Part shown: one piece after another, positions 37,301 to 51,900 of the stretch
Layout: each line of letters opens with the position of its first letter
How positions within the stretch are numbered: position 1 is the stretch's first letter
Assembly: GCA_001938485.1 (NCBI GenBank)
Contig: MQRK01255084.1
Location: forward strand, 1 to 64,000
From: Girardia tigrina
Taxonomy: Eukaryota
Direction of reading: 5' to 3'
Length of the DNA stretch: 64,000 nucleotides
Notes under the pieces: model-generated
The model's input: the letters and a program-made list of their open reading frames with translations, nothing else
The model's database searches: none
Told to the model about the DNA's origin: nothing
Position numbers and translations under genes: made by a program

Positions 37301-40300
37301 CACGCTTCGCCCTAGTGTATACTGTATTTTCAAATATCGAATTTTCCAGATCGTACGAGCTGCCAATAAATACAATATCATCGTATTTTTAGTAAACACG
37401 ATTTAGTTTACTTTTTATCCATAATCGATTTTTTTGATCAGAACTAATAATGAACCTTTCGCAGGTTCACCTACGGAAACCTTGTTATGACTTTTACTTC
37501 CTCTAAATGATCAAGTTTGATTGTCTTTTCCCTGTCATAGAAATGTTGACATTTCTTAGACTAGAATCCAAAAATCTCACTAAACCATTCAATCGGTAGT
37601 AGCGACGGGCACTTCCTATACTAGGTACTTCCAAAAGTTAATAACAAGATAAAAATAATTGTATCTTTAAATAAAATTTGAAATAGTAAACAATTTGTTA
37701 GATTTTTTCAATTAAAAAGTTATATTAATTTTCCCCTTAATTATATGTACTGTAATGAACTCGAGTAGTGAAGAGGTAAAGGCATTCTAAAATAATAAAC
37801 TCAGTGAAATGTGAAGTAATAAAAAAATAATCATCATTTTTATTATATTATAATTATTAATATGTTTGTTTTTCCGACAAACACGAGTAAATTAAATTGA
37901 CCATTCGAATTCATAGTTACAATCAACCAGTAAACCGGGACCCTCGGATTAATTCAGTTTCTGTTTCAAGTTATAAAGGTCAATTTGCATGAATTTTAAA
38001 TTGCTAGAATAATTTTTCATCATTTTACATTTCATTATAAGTGGTCAATTTTTAATCATTTGGCACGTTATTTTTTTATTCATTTCAGTGACGCAAAACA
38101 CAAACAATTTAAAAATATACCGTACTTTGATTAAGAAAGATTTATTTTCACACTGTTTAGTTATACCATTTGATCCCTTGAGTATGAATAGATTGCTTCA
38201 TTACTATTTTTACCGTGACAGCGTTAGAATTACAAAATTTGATCACTGTCAACTTTGTAATCATTATTTTATAATTGTATAATTATTTTAAAAGAATTCT
38301 TTGGGTGTATAATAAAAGAATAATTTGGTTGTATAATTTACCAGACAAAAATACATTTTAAAGATTTATTTCTATTTATTTTACAAAGTAAATTTTGAAA
38401 ATATTTTCACATAAAACATCTGTTACGTGTAAAGAATGCTATGGATTGTGTTTATGATTATAAAACATAGCTATATTGCGATTGATTAGTGTAAGTTCAG
38501 TTGATCTTATCTGAACTGAATTCAATTTTATTATTATGTTTAATAATAATTAAGAATCTCATGTGAATATTGGATAATGTAAGAACTAGTATTCCATGAA
38601 GTCTTTCAGTCGAACCTTTTATTGTTTTCATTTCGGTTGCCATTTTTGTCTGTAATTTGGTTATATTGGAATAAAATATTTAAATGATTATGAATGTCAT
38701 CCAGGTTTTAATAATATAAAATATTATATAGCCACAATGTATCATCAATAAGAGCTCAGACTAGACCAAAAGGACAAATATAATAATGATTTGTTAGTCT
38801 GTAACATTATGCATAATGTAAATGTAGTTTGTATAAAACTATTAAATTTTTCCTGTGCACTAGTACAATTTCAAAGTTTCGTCAAGTAATGTTAAATCTT
38901 GTTGATTATTAAAAGTTTCTATTTTTTGGAATTAAGAACGCCATTAAAATCAAATTTTATTGCAATATATTTCGGTGGATTTTCCACCATCTTCAGGCTG
39001 AATTAACAACAATTTTATTAATGTACAAACAAGTCTCTCTTCCAATTTTTTGAAAATATTTAATTAGTTATTACACAAGATGTTTGAATAATCATCAATT
39101 ATTTTGCTATATATAAGACAACGAAATTGTTGTTAATTCAGCCTGAAGATGGTGGAAAATCCACCGAAATATATTTGCAATAAAATTTGATTTTAATGGC
39201 GTTCTTAATTATAAAATTTTGCCATTATTTTTTAAATTTTTTGGAATTAGTTTTATAATAATATTGAAAAATATTTTTAATGTTTATTCAATTTTTTACT
39301 AATATTTTTTAAAATTTTAATATTTATTTAAATATTTATTTTACATGAAAAAAATTAAAAATAAAGACAATGTTTTTCAATAATATTATAAAAATAATTC
39401 CAAAACTCAGAATTAAATGATATTTTTATATTATTTTTTATTATTTAAAAATATTTTGACTTTTGTAAAATATTTTCTTAAAAACAAAATATTTACATTA
39501 TATCTCCAAAACGGATTGGGCTCCATTTAAATTTTCTATAATTTAGTTTTTCACCATAAATATACATTGAAATATTTTGCGACTTTTAAACATTTTCAGC
39601 TTATTTATAGGTTAATTTTGGCCCTTATTCTTTGAAAATTTTTCAATTAAAGATATTTATTTTAATAATATTAATTAAATAAAATTTTACTAAATTTAAT
39701 AATTTAGTACGTGGTTTTTTAAACACACGCCGTTTTTATTCGCAGCATTTTGTCGTGATACCGTCAGTTTTTAAATTCAAATAATTATTGTAATTTTTCT
39801 TAGCTATTTATTTTGAAAGTTAATAAAGTTTATGCTTATTTATTTAAAAGTTTAAAATTAATCTACAACATTTTAGAAATTTAATTGCTTGGATGTAATT
39901 GTTATTTGTATCATTATCAAACTGATAAGACTCGTTAGTTTGTTTATTTGGGAAAGGAATTTCATGTTTTATTATGTCATAAATTTGATGTTTTGTTTTC
40001 AATTTTCAAAATTATTTTCATTTGAAAAATTTGATTATTTCCTAAAATGTTAATTTTTCTCATTCTGAGTAGTTCTTGAAATATATTTGGACATTAAAAA
40101 TATTCAGTAAATTATTTTTATAACGTAAAAAGATTATTGTATAATGCATAAGAGTATTGTTTTATGTAATGTAACCTGTACACTTATAAAATATTTTTAT
40201 ATAATTATGAATTAAGAAAGGAAAATGAGGCGGGTTTTGACCATTGTAAAATATATGATATTTTTAGATTTAATAGCTGTAATGATCTAAAAATCTAAAA

Positions 40301-43300
40301 GTTTACATATCTGCGATAATCCAATTTATGCAAAGGATTAGGTAATCATTCATTTGAATACATAAAGTAAGGTTCTGTATCATTGAAAATTGTCGTGGAT
40401 ACAATGTTATCCATTTCTAAATATACGTTTTTATTCAATCAATTTTGATGTATCTGAGTATGTAAATTAATAGGTTATAGATAAGCATGTATGACATAAG
40501 CACATATAAAAAAGCTCATAGAAAAAACAAAGACATAAAAGCACACACAAAACAAACTGTAAGGATGATTTGTAAATTATGACTGTTGTTGATTTAATTC
40601 ATGTAACTTTGGTATGATGTTCGGATATGTTTATGACTCTTTCAGTGTATATATTAATTGTATTTTTATTTAATGTATAGTTTATAATAAATGTGTGCTG
40701 TTTAAATATTTCAAATAAATTTGAAAAAGAAGCGCAAAATTTGAAATTGAGAAACTGTTGATTAGAAAATAAATTTTATTAATGAAAAAGCTTTTTGATT
40801 TCGGATTTGTTAATAAAACCGGGAAAGAAAATAAGTGTCAATTTTCGACAATTAACACAAACTAACACGGATAAAAGCACTGCAAATAAATGCCAATATA
40901 ATTTACTACATTTTCATGTGTTTTCATAATTTGTATTGAATTTTAACGTTTATGCTTGAATTAAAAGTAAGATATTTTATATTTATTATAACTCATCTTG
41001 ATTTACATCCTCATGTAAATTCCATCAATTCCCATACATATTTTCCTTTATTAGACTGTCTGCAAATAATCTCTTTAGTACCAAAAGTTCGATATTCCCC
41101 TTTAGTACTGCCACTCTTGGACGGATTTAAGTAATTTTCCAGTGAAGTATCTGAAAATGGTTGATTCCGATACATTTTTTTAACATATTTTTCTTCAACC
41201 GATCTCGTTATTTTTTGCCGGCTTCATGCTTGCTTTTTGATGTTTGACCTGTCTTTTCGTACCTATAAATGATACTTTTGGCTGCAGATTCTGATATGTC
41301 CAACTGTCTTGCCAAAGTTAAATAATTCTCGCATAAATGATAGGCTCTGATTAGGCGCTCCTTGTCAATCATTAGTATACTGGAATTAATTAATTAATTT
41401 AGTTTAAAATTGATCAGATTTTTTTGAAATTTTTTGACGGTATGATTCCGTCCTTTCATTGTCTTCCGACATTCTACTATTTTTTTTATAAAAAATATGA
41501 TAAATAATATCAATATATGATCATTCTATGTCATTAGCACTGCTAATCGAAGAAAATTGAGTATCTTAAATGTTTTTCATTTTTTTTAAATTTTTGTACT
41601 TAATTGACGATTCAGCAGGGTGTGTATAAGATATGTATTGCTTTTTTAGGCTTGTATTGTATGTGTGTGTTATGAGTAAAAGCAGTTTTTTATAAACTTT
41701 AACCGATTGATAAATGTGGATAGGTGTACTTAATATCCGTTTCGTTGTATTTTATTATATTTAATTGGCTATTTATTTTTAAATTGTCAATTTTTCAATG
41801 GATTTTTGTACTTAAATGGAGATTCAAGATTGTTACCCGCAAAGGACTGCACAAAACCATACATGGACTATTAAAACACAATGATGATTTTATACAATTA
41901 TTTTTAACACAGTTTGAATTGTCTTTACGACATTTCCCAGTAAAACTTTCCTGATTCGACATCTAGCTAAATTTATAAAATTTTTCGTAATGAATCTTTT
42001 TAAACAAATATTCGAAGAAATTTTAATTTTATGCATTAAAATTATTTTCAGATTTATTTTTAAAGGTTTGGTTTAATAATTTGTGTAATAATTTTATTTA
42101 AAACTTATTTTCATTTAAAAAAGATTTTATTTAAAAACATTTAATTAAAAGATTTAAAATTCAGTTTAAACTTATTTACTTTATCAAAATTTTTAATATT
42201 CAAATATTTAAAGATTTAATATTTTAATAGTTAAAATTTTTAAATATCTTATGGAGTAATTTAAAATGTAAATCATACACGAACAATTAATTACCATGAA
42301 AATACAAAATTCCAATTTTCCAGTTGGGTAGAAGAAGCACATTTCCAAGTACTAAACTAAACTTTAAAAATTCAAAATCAATTTCAACATACTAAATTTA
42401 AAATATTCCTCATCCATGGGTAAAATCACACAAGGATAAAAGAACGCAGATAAAAAATATTAAAATAATTAATTTAAACTATTTTTGAATCAAATTAGCT
42501 ATATTCCGCAGATACCTCAGTTTATCTTCATGATTGAGGAGTAGATGATCCTGAGAGAATCCTGTTTTTGGAGATGAAGAACTTTCACTTCAATCTTTGG
42601 AGATCTTTTAAGAGAATGGTGACATTTTGTCAAAGTAATTGAAGATATGATTTAAATTGATCAAATAAATCTAAGGGTTCAAAATAATAATGTTAATACA
42701 GTAGATACCGCTTAAAGAGAATATTTTTGGGACTTGAAAAAATGTTCTCTATAACCGATATTTCTCTTTAACAGATACTTTTTTATAAGGATAATTTTTA
42801 AAAAAATATCAAAAAAAACTTTACTAATCAACACATTTATTTTTTAAAAATTTAATTTATAAAAATTAAATTTATAAATTTTTAAAAAGTTCTCTTTACC
42901 CGATTTTATTCTCTTTAAGCAAGTTCTCTATAAGTGAAATCTACTGTAGTTAAAATTAAAAGTGATTTTAGATATTTAAAAATATTGTTTAATATATAAA
43001 TCTTTAAGACTTCTTCAATAAATCTTTAGACTCCACAAGATAAGAAAACAGCAAAACAATGAGATTTTTATTACAGAATTACAATGCAACAGAGATTTAT
43101 TGCTTAGCAATTGCGACTTGTTGCTCTACACACTTTCATTCTCGACGTATGGTGTCATCTAATGCATTTTCAAAGAAATATGGAGACACTCGAACCAAAA
43201 TATTTTGACCTCCTCTTTTAGTTATGTCACAGTAGTGAAATAGTGACCCTTAAGACTCTTTGTAAGAATGGTAAAACTAAAAATCCCTGGGAGCCAAATC

Positions 43301-44802
43301 CGAACTGTATGGCAAATTCTGCAGTAGTTCGAAGCCACATTCTTTCCCTTTTGCTGTTGTGATGTAGCTTGTATGGACAGAAGTCAAAGAATTACGCATT
43401 TTGATTTGTGTCATTGCTTGCGAACTTGGTTGAGTAACTAAGAATAATGTGGACTATTCATTGTCCTTCCTTTGTCAAAAAATCAATTTTAATAATTTTA
43501 TGACGGTCCCAAAACACTGTCAACGTTGATTCACGTTTGTCAGATGTCGAACAACGGATTTTACTTGATGCAAGTCTATTTAGCAGAATTTCGTTTGCTT
43601 TCGAGGACATATAGATCTATTAGCTTTTTATCGTCCGGGACGATGTTATTTAGAAATTTTTCAATATGATAATCAAACATTTACAAACAGACAATGTTAC
43701 AGTTTAGAGTATAGTCACCGTAACTGACCTGACACGTTCATTGATATCATTTTATTTATTCTTTTGCTGACTTAATTAGTTTCATTTCATTTATTTTTTT
43801 CGTCCTTATTTTTTATTTTTTTATACATTCAACTTTAATTTATTCTAAAAATTATATTATAAACTATTTTCCACAGACTATTATAAAACAAATAAACTAC
43901 TGATTTGGCTTATCTTGAGAGCGTTCTTTATCACTTCTGCTGGTTTCATAACAGTCGAATAGGTCTCTATGTGACGAGAGTTGTATAAACTGAATAATGT
44001 TGACAAAAGTGTTCTTTTGGACTGACATTGGATTTCTATAGTTAAAATTTTATATTATCAGTTTAAGACTGCAAGATACTATTTTTTCGTAACTTCAGAT
44101 TTTGATATTTCATTCAGAGACTGATGATCACATTGGTTTTCACAAAATAAAATAACTTTTCTTTACTAAAAAAATGGTAATAATTTGAATCTAAAAGCAT
44201 CATACCATATATGTGGGTTGTTTATGAATGATGTATTATATGATTAAATTTATGGTGCTGAGTATCTTGTCTCTCTCAAAAATAATTGCCTGCTGTTAAC
44301 TAATTAAAATTAAAAATTAGAAACAAATTCGATTATAAATAACAAAGAACAAATTATTTTAGAAAAACATGAAATTATATTAAATTACATAATTTGTTTT
44401 AATATCGTGGTTTTGGCAATTATTTTAAATTTATTTTCACGAAAATTGCCAAGTTTTTTGCTATAATAAATCTTACGAAAATTGTATTCCGTCTTCTCCT
44501 AACACCGTATAAATCACAAAGTAAAATGAAAGACGACTAAAACTAGTAAATCAAAAAATATTTTTATATCAATGTTTTACTGAGGACAGAACTCTACTTG
44601 GTCAACAAAATTTTTTCGTTATCTTTTGCAGAAAGAAAAATTACTATTACATGTTTTAATAAATTTATTATGTTATTAGAAACTATTTAATTGCAAAATG
44701 TGGTTGTAAAATTTTTTATAATAAATTTTCCTTTCTACGAAATATTTAAATAGTTACTAATAACATTAATTTATTAAAAAAAATTATTAATTTCATGGAT
44801 AC

Positions 44803-44839
<37 letters not shown>

Positions 44840-45535
44840 NNNNNNNNNNNNNNNNNNNNNNNNNNNNNNNNNNNNNNNNNNNNNNNNNNNNNNNNNNNNN
44901 NNNNNNNNNNNNNNNNNNNNNNNNNNNNNNNNNNNNNNNNNNNNNNNNNNNNNNNNNNNNNNNNNNNNNNNNNNNNNNNNNNNNNNNNNNNNNNNNNNNN
45001 NNNNNNNNNNNNNNNNNNNNNNNNNNNNNNNNNNNNNNNNNNNNNNNNNNNNNNNNNNNNNNNNNNNNNNNNNNNNNNNNNNNNNNNNNNNNNNNNNNNN
45101 NNNNNNNNNNNNNNNNNNNNNNNNNNNNNNNNNNNNNNNNNNNNNNNNNNNNNNNNNNNNNNNNNNNNNNNNNNNNNNNNNNNNNNNNNNNNNNNNNNNN
45201 NNNNNNNNNNNNNNNNNNNNNNNNNNNNNNNNNNNNNNNNNNNNNNNNNNNNNNNNNNNNNNNNNNNNNNNNNNNNNNNNNNNNNNNNNNNNNNNNNNNN
45301 NNNNNNNNNNNNNNNNNNNNNNNNNNNNNNNNNNNNNNNNNNNNNNNNNNNNNNNNNNNNNNNNNNNNNNNNNNNNNNNNNNNNNNNNNNNNNNNNNNNN
45401 NNNNNNNNNNNNNNNNNNNNNNNNNNNNNNNNNNNNNNNNNNNNNNNNNNNNNNNNNNNNNNNNNNNNNNNNNNNNNNNNNNNNNNNNNNNNNNNNNNNN
45501 NNNNNNNNNNNNNNNNNNNNNNNNNNNNNNNNNNN

Positions 45536-45595
<60 letters not shown>

Positions 45596-48500
45596 GCTAA
45601 TATAAAGCATGGAAGAAAAAGTCAAAACATTTCTATTTGATACAGTTTAAACATTTGTGGATAATCATAAAACGTTTTTTTGCAAATTTTTTTAGATATA
45701 CTAGTGTTATCGAATTTTTACATTATCTTTTATTGTCATCGAAAATGAGTAAATTAGCAAAGTTTGGAGAAAATTGATTGAATAGAAACCTTCAAATATA
45801 GGTTTCTAAATTCCATTGATACATATATACATTAAAAGCAAGTCAATATAAAACATGGGAAAAATAAAAACGACACACAAAACACCAAGTACAGAGGTAC
45901 CGATTCCATAAATGAATAATTAAAATTTAATAAAATTAAAAAAAAATAAAGAAAACGAAACTGAGTGATTCAGCGCGAGAATAGATAAAATGATATCAAA
46001 GAACATGAACGAAAACTGGTGTTAGGTCATTTATAATCACATTTATGGAAACATGTAATGGCGGGGTCCATAATCTGTTGAGGACTTACACGTCAGTGCT
46101 TGTACGATGATACACCGACTTAGCTCCTGAAACGTTCTATGAACTATTAGCCCGGGTAAGTGTCGCACGAGCAATCGTGTGCTGTCACTGGGGGAGAAGG
46201 CATACAGTCACATTTCGTACGTGAGAAATTTGGGAAGTAATTACGAACAAAGTTTGTTAATTCCAAGATTTTTGAGTATGATATGAGTGGCATCTTTTCT
46301 AATGTTGAGGTGTAGTGTGAACTCGTTGAAATTGACTTTTCTCTTGTTAATATTTTCTCACACAATTTTGCCTTCGATTTCCAAGTCGAAAACAGTTTGT
46401 CATCCATTGCCTCGCGAATCCAGTTTGAAGATGATCGCAAGTGATGAAAAATTATTCCAATAGATTTCTTGCATCTGTTGGTAAATTTCGGTGATATAAA
46501 TATTTCTGAGAAAAAACTTGATAACCTTTCTGTACTCAACCGATGTAACATGGAGCAATACGTTTTCTGTAATATCTCTAACTGCATGAACTGTGTGAGT
46601 TCCAGGTGATGGCCTAAAATATGGCATTGAGTTATAGTTATTATAGGCTTTTCAACTTGTCCCTTATATTAAATCCTTTATTCATTTAATAAGTAATCAT
46701 AATGTCATAATTTTCATTGGAAAGGGATGCTTAAAGAGGCCCAAATTATATGTAAACAATATTTATATTGAGTTACACGCTATCAATTATTTTCCATCAT
46801 TCTTATTTTATATTTTTATATGCTTTATTTTATTTCAATTTGGGAGCCATTGATTTTATTTTCGTTTTTTTAAATCTTTAATAATATTAATTATAAATTG
46901 TACCAGATACCTGGGAGAAAATATTAAAATAAAATCTCTTTCGTTTATCGTGTGTATCAGTTCAACAGTTAAAGTGCATTCCTCTACTGCTCTGGAAACA
47001 GTCTTACCGTAGGATACGTAAAGAGGGTACATTCGTTTCCAAATTTACCGAAAGGTCATATCAGATTTATCAAAAAAATCTCGAAATAATTGCAAATTTT
47101 GTTCACTCTGTTATTAATTAATAACGCTTATTAGGTAACATATGTTGTTTTCTAATGGTTTTGGTAACATCCAATGATAAGGTCTTTTTTCTTCTGAGTT
47201 TTATTCGTATATAAATTTGATTGCTATATTTCATTATTTCTTGTGTTTTCTTTTGTGAATAATATTAAACAAAATCAATTTTAAGATAATTTTACAATAA
47301 AATATTGCTTTTCTCATGGTATTTTTTAGAAAAATATACCATTATAAAATTCGATACACGCAACTTTCGCACCATTTTGTAAGCTTAAGGTCATTTAATA
47401 TTGCATTTTTTAAAGAATTTAAATATAATATGAAATTAGTCTAAAATCTGTGTAATTATTTATATTTATTGTTTTTATTTATGTTAAGTTGTTAAGGTAA
47501 CCAGGCAATTGCGAAAAGACAATTGCATAATGGCAAATTGTGTAGAGATTAATAAATTATTACTATTAATTATTATTAAATTATTGAGGGTTTTAAATGA
47601 ATTCCAATATTTCACAAATTCTGTTTTACTTATATTTTTAAAATAACAAGATAAAAATCAAAAGAAATAAAATCATTTATTAAAAATTTTTGATAAAATC
47701 ATTTATTAAATTATTTACCAATCTCCTGAGATAATTAAGTTTGTCCCCATTGATATTGTATCTATTGATTTCAATTTGTAACGGTTCAGGGTTACGGTTA
47801 GAGTTAAATTTAGGTTTAGAGCTCAGGTTAGGGTTACTGTTAGGGTTAGGGCTAGGGATTAGGGTTACGGTGTATTTCATGATATAAAATAATTCATTTT
47901 TTAAGTTATAAATTTTTATGTACGCAATTGTCTTTCTGCATTTGTCATGTACGAAATTGTCTTTACGCATTTGTCATGGAACCATTCTTGCAATTATTTT
48001 ATCTTTTTAGATTTCAAAGTTAGGCAAAAGAAAGAATAAAAAAGTAAAGATATATAAAAAAGGTTTTGAAATTTAGAATTAAATTATAATTAAAATTTTA
48101 AAAATCTTATGTCGACAATCAAAGATTATATAGATATTTATAATCATTATATATATATATATATATATNNNNNNNNNNNNNNNNNNNNNNNNNNNNNNNN
48201 NNNNNNNNNNNNNNNNNNNNNNNNNNNNNNNNNNNNNNNNNNNNNNNNNNNNNNNNNNNNNATATATATATATATATATATATATATAATCAGTAGCTAA
48301 TTTAAAAGTTTAAAATCATAACTGATTTTAAAGCTGACAACTATGAAATCGTTAGAATATTATTATTTTGTTTGCTCGAACTATTGTAATAATGTATATC
48401 TACTGAATATGATCATAGACATTGCAGTCTTGCAAATATTTTTTGTTGCACATACATGATTCAATTCGGAAAATAAATATTATGAAGGTTCTGTCAAAAT

Positions 48501-48898
48501 AAACTTTCATCTACACATGATAATACATATTTGATCTCCAGAAACAATTCTATATCATTACAGATCAAAGGACTACCGACTATAAGATCGATGAAATCTG
48601 ATAGATTGATTTTGCTTTATCAATTATGATCAATCGTTTACTGTTCAATTGTGATTATCAACATCAACTACTCTCGATTATTAACCGTATCCGTTTGTTT
48701 TAAGAAAATATTTACAATTTTAAATACAAATAAATAATTATTTAATTTTACAAATAAATAATTATTTTAAAAAGAAATATGATTTGTTGTGACGTTGGTT
48801 TTGCTTTGTTTTACTTTTAAAATATTCCCGAAAACAATGTTACAACTGATTTTATCTAAAAAACAATATCCTCATAGATTATACGTATTTATATTAAA

Positions 48899-48951
<53 letters not shown>

Positions 48952-51900
48952 TAATTTTTGATGTCATGTCACAAACTCAGTAGTCTAAAAGAAATATAAA
49001 TCGAAACAAAAACTGAATCGTTTTGTAAAGATTACCGACCAAAGTTTTCGTCTATTCATTACATGCACAAATTTAGAGCAATTGCACGGGACTAATAGAC
49101 GATACCCTAGAATGAAAAAGTATATTATTCGTGATCGCTCCATTTGTCATATACGAATTGAGAAAATCAACAAAAGAATCACAGCCGCAAAACTAAATAA
49201 TCATTTTAATTTTATTCAGAAATTAATTAACAATATCAATACGGTATTGCATGTAATAAGCTGTTAAATTTACGATGACTGGAGTTTATTTTGGGATAAT
49301 ATCGCGACAAGATCTTTTGCTAGAAACTTTCCAAGTTCTTTTCCACATCATTATCGCTGAAGACGAACATAAATATCAAATTTAAAACAAGTGACGCTGG
49401 CAAAAGCTTCATTATTACTAATTTAAAGTCTTAAAAGAAAGTGTTTTTTGATTCTCGTAATTATTTAGTGATTGGAAATTTGAAAATTTGTGAAATTAAA
49501 TAATAATAATTTTGAGCGAATTATTATTACGATTATTAATATTAACAGAAAATTTAAAAGATCAATTAAATCAATTTTGGAAATACTTAATTACCGCAAT
49601 AATAAATCTATCGTTAATTAAAAACGAATTTAAATCAAGTTACAAATCTACAGAAAATAAATAAATAAATCACGGTGAATTAAAACCAATTGCTCACTAA
49701 TGCAAGTTTGGATATAGCACCGTCTCTCTTATGTACCAGTTTTACAACAATTATAATTGAATTTTTAAACCAGATTAGCATGCAATCCAAAAATCTATTT
49801 TGATTTTTTCGAGAGGAAGCTTTGAATTGTGGAAGTTTTTGAAACCACTTAGTCACTATATATATTCTTGCAAATACTCTTAAAGCCTTTAATTCTTTCA
49901 GAATATGGTATGTTGCTCATTTGTTTGAATTGTTTAATATTATCTTCCTTTATTTCTTTCTTAACCCGTGTTTTTGTACATAATTTGTCCAATGTAACCT
50001 AAATGTTGTGATCTATTTGTTTGTTTGTGTACATGTAATGGATATTAATACTCAAAATGAAATCATTTTTCATTTTAAATTTCGATTGAGAACTTTCAAT
50101 CTGGATAGTCACATTCAACTCATGATGTTGCTGTGTTTTATTAGTTTGCCAAATTCTTTTTATTTCAAATCTTGTATATAGATTTTACTTTTCTATATAT
50201 ATATATATATATATATAACTTTTTTGCAAAATTGTTTAAGAAAATCTCAAAGTAAAACGATATAAATAGAAATAATTTAGCAAAATTTTATTGTTAAACA
50301 TTTCTTTTTATAATTTTTTGACATTTAAATATTTCCAGAAGGTAATCATTGATATTTTATTATCTAAATATTTTTTTTCTGTTTTGATTGTTTGAAACAA
50401 AATCTTTATAATAATTCATGAGAGTAGTTCGACAACATTTGAAATGAAAATTTCTATTCATTCTGTATTACTTTACAAAAGTCCAGAAGGATGTTTTGTT
50501 TGCCTAATGATTTCACAAATCTATCAAATATTTTTAAACAATCCTCCTGAAATTTCTTTCGATAAATAAACATGATAATTTACATTTATTAAAAGAATTA
50601 AACAGAAAATTCTCAATAATAAAAAAATATATATCAAGATCTAATTTACTCTAATTAGTCTAAAAATTGTTTAAAAATAAATTAAAATATCCTTCAAGCT
50701 TTTGATCGGGTAAAATACTTTCAATACTTATTATAATAGCTGAATGTAATATATAATATAACCGTAAAGAATATTTATAAATTATCTAAATATATTTCAT
50801 GATAATTTATGATCATACATTAATTTGGCACACTATTAATATATCATTTTAAACGCCGTTATACAATTATTCAAAAATTTTAATAGATTGAATTTCAACA
50901 CTATTATTGATAAAATTTAATTTTACTGAAAATTTATCAATAAATAATTGTAATTGAACATAAATTCGAATATATATATATTATCAATTATATAAATATT
51001 TTATTTTATATTTCCAGGCAAGATCGAGAAATCATGCATTTTAAAATCCTTCAAGATGATGCTGGTAATTATTATATCTGGGCTCAAAAATTCGGATCTG
51101 TCAATAAATTAATCGAATTTCATTACAAAAATTCCATTCACAATCGTAAAACTCTTTTACTTCAAAACCTCCAATCTTCCCGAGTTAGCATTTTTTATTG
51201 ATGATTTATTCTAATTATAATTACCGTTCTATCATCTACTACCTTGTTGTTACGAAATGATAAATACATTATAATTTTTTATTATTATCCAATATTTACT
51301 TAAGTCTATAAATTAATAATTAAAATTTAATTAAAGTATATAATTTAATTGGAAAATATTTAATCAATTCATTTGAGTTCTTATTTCCTTTTATCCTTAT
51401 ACTTTAATTACCGCATTTATCGGACTATAAACCGCGACTTATATGAAAAAAAAGTATGAAAATTTAAAAAATTGGTTAGACTTATACGCGTGTGCGACTT
51501 ATATAAAAATAAAAACATCAATATATAAAAACAAAACCAATAATTTTATTTTAAGATTATTCGATTTCCTCGAATCCATCAAAATCTTCATCCTCTATTA
51601 TTTAAAATGTTTCGAAAATGTGCAAAAATTCCGTTTGGATTTCTTGTAAATCTTTATCCTCACTTCCAGTTTCGATTTCTGAATCATCATCACCTTCGAT
51701 ATTTTCATCATAAGTTTGAATCCCTGCTTTCTTAAATCCATTTTTAATACACTGTGGTGTAACATCTTCCCAGCTTTTAACAATCCAATCGCATATTTCT
51801 GAATATGTTGCTCTTTTGATTTCCCCCGTTTTTTTGTAAATGTGACAACCATTGATAATCCAATTTTCCCAATGTATCTTTAGCTTAGACTTGAACGATT

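Larger units (their letters stand above)
38935..39235. mobile_element. 301-bp non-coding insertion: two inverted ~86-bp hammerhead-bearing arms with a 14-bp TSD
   Basis: Arms 38930-39015 and 39124-39210 differ by one indel. The direct repeat ATTTTTTGGAATTA is at 38921-38934 and 39236-39249. Confidence 0.85.

Noticed and set aside
44774-45625. Long ORFs of 265-283 aa
   Set aside because: Artefacts of (TA)n plus the N gap.
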